Shown here piece by piece: positions 26,348 to 29,063 of a DNA stretch of 29,063 nucleotides; positions within the stretch are counted from its first letter, which is position 1; each line of letters opens with the position of its first letter. The position numbers and the translations under genes were made by a program. The notes below the pieces were generated by a model, which did no database searches, had not been told where the DNA came from, and was given only the letters and a program-made list of their open reading frames with translations. Origin of the DNA: Verrucomicrobiota bacterium (GTDB lineage: Bacteria; Verrucomicrobiota; Verrucomicrobiia; Limisphaerales; CANJXF01); assembly GCA_038214755.1 (NCBI GenBank), contig JBBQRQ010000063.1, forward strand, positions 1 through 29,063, read 5' to 3'.

Positions 26348-27172
26348 ATGAAGTTCGCCATCTGCAATGAAATTTTTAAGGATTGGAAACTCGACGAGGC
26401 GATGGCTTTCGCCAGGAGCGCGGGTTACGATGCGATTGAAATCGCGCCATTTACGATTGCGAATTACGTGACGGAAATTTCTGCGGAGAAACGAAAAGAG
26501 ATTCGTCGGACGGCGGAAAAAATCGGGATCGAGATTTCGGGAATTCATTGGGTGCTCGTCCAGACGGAAGGACTGCATCTCACGCATCCCGACGCCGCCG
26601 TCCGGGAACGCACTTCAAAATATTTTTCTGACCTCGTCGATTTCTGCGCGGACCTAGGCGGCAAATATATCATCGTCGGTTCGCCCAAGCAGCGCAGTTT
26701 GCTGCCCGGGGTTTCTCAAGAACAAGCATGGGAGTGGGCGACCGAAGTTTTTCGAGAACCGGTGATGAAAGCCGAGCAACGCGCCGTGACGATCTGTTTC
26801 GAGCCGCTTGCGCCAACGGAAACGGATTTCATCAACACCGCCGCAGAGGCAATTCGTTTCACGCAACAACTCAACACGCCTCATTTCAAAATCATTCTCG
26901 ATGTCAAAGCGATGTGCTCGGAAGCCGGTGGCCGTGCGCTAGCACTTCCGCAAATCATTCGCGAGTCTTGGCCGCACTTCGCTTACTTCCATGCGAACGA
27001 TAAAAATTTAAAAGGCCCGGGATTTGGCGACATCGATTTCAAGCCGATTGCGGCGGCGTTGAAAGAAGTGGGTTACAACGGCTACATCTCAGTAGAAGTT
27101 TTCAAATTTGAAGAAGGCGCGAAAGCCATCGCGACGCAGAGCATTGAGTATTTGAAAAAAATCTTCAGGTAG
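26348..27172 (+). CDS. Sugar phosphate isomerase/epimerase (xylose-isomerase-like TIM barrel)
   Basis: GYDAIEI, ICFEPL, ILDVKAM, FHANDKN..GPGFGDIDF, GYNGYISVEVF; ATG at 26348. Confidence 0.88.
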   Translation: MKFAICNEIFKDWKLDEAMAFARSAGYDAIEIAPFTIANYVTEISAEKRKEIRRTAEKIGIEISGIHWVLVQTEGLHLTHPDAAVRERTSKYFSDLVDFCADLGGKYIIVGSPKQRSLLPGVSQEQAWEWATEVFREPVMKAEQRAVTICFEPLAPTETDFINTAAEAIRFTQQLNTPHFKIILDVKAMCSEAGGRALALPQIIRESWPHFAYFHANDKNLKGPGFGDIDFKPIAAALKEVGYNGYISVEVFKFEEGAKAIATQSIEYLKKIFR

Positions 27173-27196
27173 CATCCCCTTCGGACAGTTCGGATT

Positions 27197-27521
27197 GGGC
27201 GCATCTCGCCACCGCTACCGTAGCGCGGGTTTCCAACCTTGTATCGCCGGTTTCTACCCGGCAGCACTCGAATCATTCCAGCGGCTGCAGATTGGAAATC
27301 CGCGCTACGGCAGAGTGGAAATCTGCGCCACCCAATCCTTGCGCTGCGTTTGGGTGTTTGTGTCAAGGGCGTGTCGCTCAAATGGAAAGGAGCGCGGACG
27401 CTCTCGTCCGCGCGAATCGAAAGGACGAAAAACGCTGAGAGTTTTTGTCCGTTTTCAAACGCGCGGACTAAAAGGTCTGCGCTCCTAATCGGTTTGGGCA
27501 CCACGCGGTCGAGATGCGTCC
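27197..27521. repeat. Composite cluster: GGGCGCATCTCG-type outer IR enclosing a GTAGCGC REPIN (27220-27331) and a GGAGCGCGGAC REPIN (27389-27485)
   Basis: gggcgcatctcg ... cgagatgcgtcc outer ends; inner elements match families seen elsewhere in the window. Confidence 0.8.
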
Positions 27522-27539
27522 TTGGCTGACTCCCCCAGT

Positions 27540-29000
27540 TCACAAAAGCCGCGTTTGCATTTCCTCTTTCACCAGCGCGTCGCTCAATCCTTCGACGCGC
27601 GAACGGCGTCGCTCCATGATGTGTTTATCGGCGAGCGGGTCGTAGGGCACGGGATAATTTCCGTCGTAACAGGCCATGCAAAAACTTTCCTTCGGCAATC
27701 CAGTGGCGCGCACCATCCCGTCTTGAGAGAGATAATGCAGAGAATCTGCGCTGAGATAATTTCGGATTTCATCGAGTGAATAATTCGCCGCCATCAATTT
27801 ATTTCGATCCGGAAAATCGATTCCATAGACACACGGGTTCATGTGCGGCGGACAACTCACCAGCACGTGAACTTCCGTCGCCCCCGCTTCTTTCAAATTA
27901 TTGACACGCGCTTTGCAGGTCGTGCCGCGCACAATGGAATCATCGACGATGATGACGCGCTTTCCTTTGACCAACTCCGAGATCAAATTGAGTTTCACGC
28001 GCACATTGAAATCGCGGATCAATTGCGACGGCTGAAGAAAACTGCGACCGACGTAATGATTCCTTACGAACGCCATTTCGTAGGGAATGCCCGATTCGAG
28101 CGAGTAGCCGAGCGCCGCGCAATTGCCGCTGTCGGGGACCGGAATGACGATGTCGGCTTTGATCGGAACTTCGCGGGCGAGTTCCCGTCCCATTTCGACG
28201 CGCACTTTGTAAACGTTCCGATGGTTGATGTTGCTGTCGGGCCGCGCGAAATAAACATATTCAAAAATGCAGAAGGCGCGCCGCTCGTGTTCGGGAAAAG
28301 CCTGGATACTGCGCAACCCACTTTTGTTGATAATGACAATTTCGCCCGGCTCGACGTCGCGAACAAATTTCGCGTGAATCAAATCCAGCGCGCAGGTCTC
28401 ACTCGCCAGCACCCAGGCGTCGTCCACTTTTCCGAGGCAGAGCGGGCGAAAACCATGGGGGTCGCGCACACCGATCAACTCTTGTTCGGTCATGATCACA
28501 AGCGAATAGGCGCCTTCAATCCGGCGCACGGTTTGCACAAGATTATTTTCGTTCCCTCCGAGAGTCGGTTGCGCCATGAGATGCAAAATGATTTCGCTAT
28601 CAACGCCGGTTTGAAAAATAGAGCCGTTGGCTTCGAGCGCTTCCCGCAACGCGGCGGCATTGGTCAAATTTCCGTTGTGCGCAATGGCGATTTGCCCGCG
28701 CGCGCAATCGACGGTCAGCGGTTGAGCATTGCGCAGATGAGACGAGCCAGTCGTGGAGTAGCGCGTGTGACCGATGGCAACTTTGCCGTGCAAATTATTT
28801 AAAACTTCGCCGTCGAAAACTTGGGAGACGAGACCCATGCCTTTGTGTAGGCAAAATTGCGCGCCATCGAAACTCACGATGCCGGCGCTTTCCTGTCCGC
28901 GATGTTGCAGCGCATAAAGCCCGTAATAGGTCAACTGCGCGGCATTCGCGTGGCCGTAAATGCCGAACACCCCGCAATAATGTTTTGGATAGTGTTGCAT
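27540..29000 (-). CDS. purF: Amidophosphoribosyltransferase (propeptide / Fe-S type)
   Basis: Short propeptide then CGVFG, LQHRGQESAG, GHTRYSTTG, CIFEYVYFARPDS, VDDSIVRGTT, CMAC. Confidence 0.97.
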   Translation of the reverse strand: MQHYPKHYCGVFGIYGHANAAQLTYYGLYALQHRGQESAGIVSFDGAQFCLHKGMGLVSQVFDGEVLNNLHGKVAIGHTRYSTTGSSHLRNAQPLTVDCARGQIAIAHNGNLTNAAALREALEANGSIFQTGVDSEIILHLMAQPTLGGNENNLVQTVRRIEGAYSLVIMTEQELIGVRDPHGFRPLCLGKVDDAWVLASETCALDLIHAKFVRDVEPGEIVIINKSGLRSIQAFPEHERRAFCIFEYVYFARPDSNINHRNVYKVRVEMGRELAREVPIKADIVIPVPDSGNCAALGYSLESGIPYEMAFVRNHYVGRSFLQPSQLIRDFNVRVKLNLISELVKGKRVIIVDDSIVRGTTCKARVNNLKEAGATEVHVLVSCPPHMNPCVYGIDFPDRNKLMAANYSLDEIRNYLSADSLHYLSQDGMVRATGLPKESFCMACYDGNYPVPYDPLADKHIMERRRSRVEGLSDALVKEEMQTRLL

Positions 29001-29008
29001 TAAAAACT

Positions 29009-29063
29009 GTAGCGGCGCGTCTGCGACCGCCGCTGATTAAACTAATTGCGGCGGTCGCAGACG
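29009..29063. repeat. REPIN-like element, GTAGCGGCG family, cut by the window end
   Basis: gtagcggcgcgtctgcgaccgccgc-14 nt-gcggcggtcgcagacg. Confidence 0.8.

Noticed and set aside
3785..29063. CRISPR array
   Set aside because: Repeats are dispersed inverted pairs; there are no regularly spaced direct repeats with unique spacers and no cas genes.

Overview
Bacterial chromosomal segment. The gene content (PVC-type heme-binding dehydrogenase, H-X9-DG prepilin-like protein, DUF1844) suggests Verrucomicrobiota or a related PVC lineage; this is an inference. It carries mostly housekeeping genes (coaB-like, ruvC, moaA, serA, glnS, two-domain ndk, purF, a PPIase), tRNA-Ala(CGC) and two type II toxin-antitoxin pairs. 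The standout feature is about 20 short palindromic REP/REPIN-like elements from at least 8 sequence families (GTAG/GGAG/GTGG end + hairpin, paired in inverted orientation). They fill most intergenic gaps, several are nested inside outer inverted repeats or inverted 7-mer arrays, and three sit in frame inside conserved enzymes (one in glnS, two in moaA). No transposase, integrase or CRISPR array is visible. Also noted: a perfect 24-bp operator-like palindrome, a sigma54-like promoter before the pilin-like gene, and several promoters positioned for leaderless transcripts.
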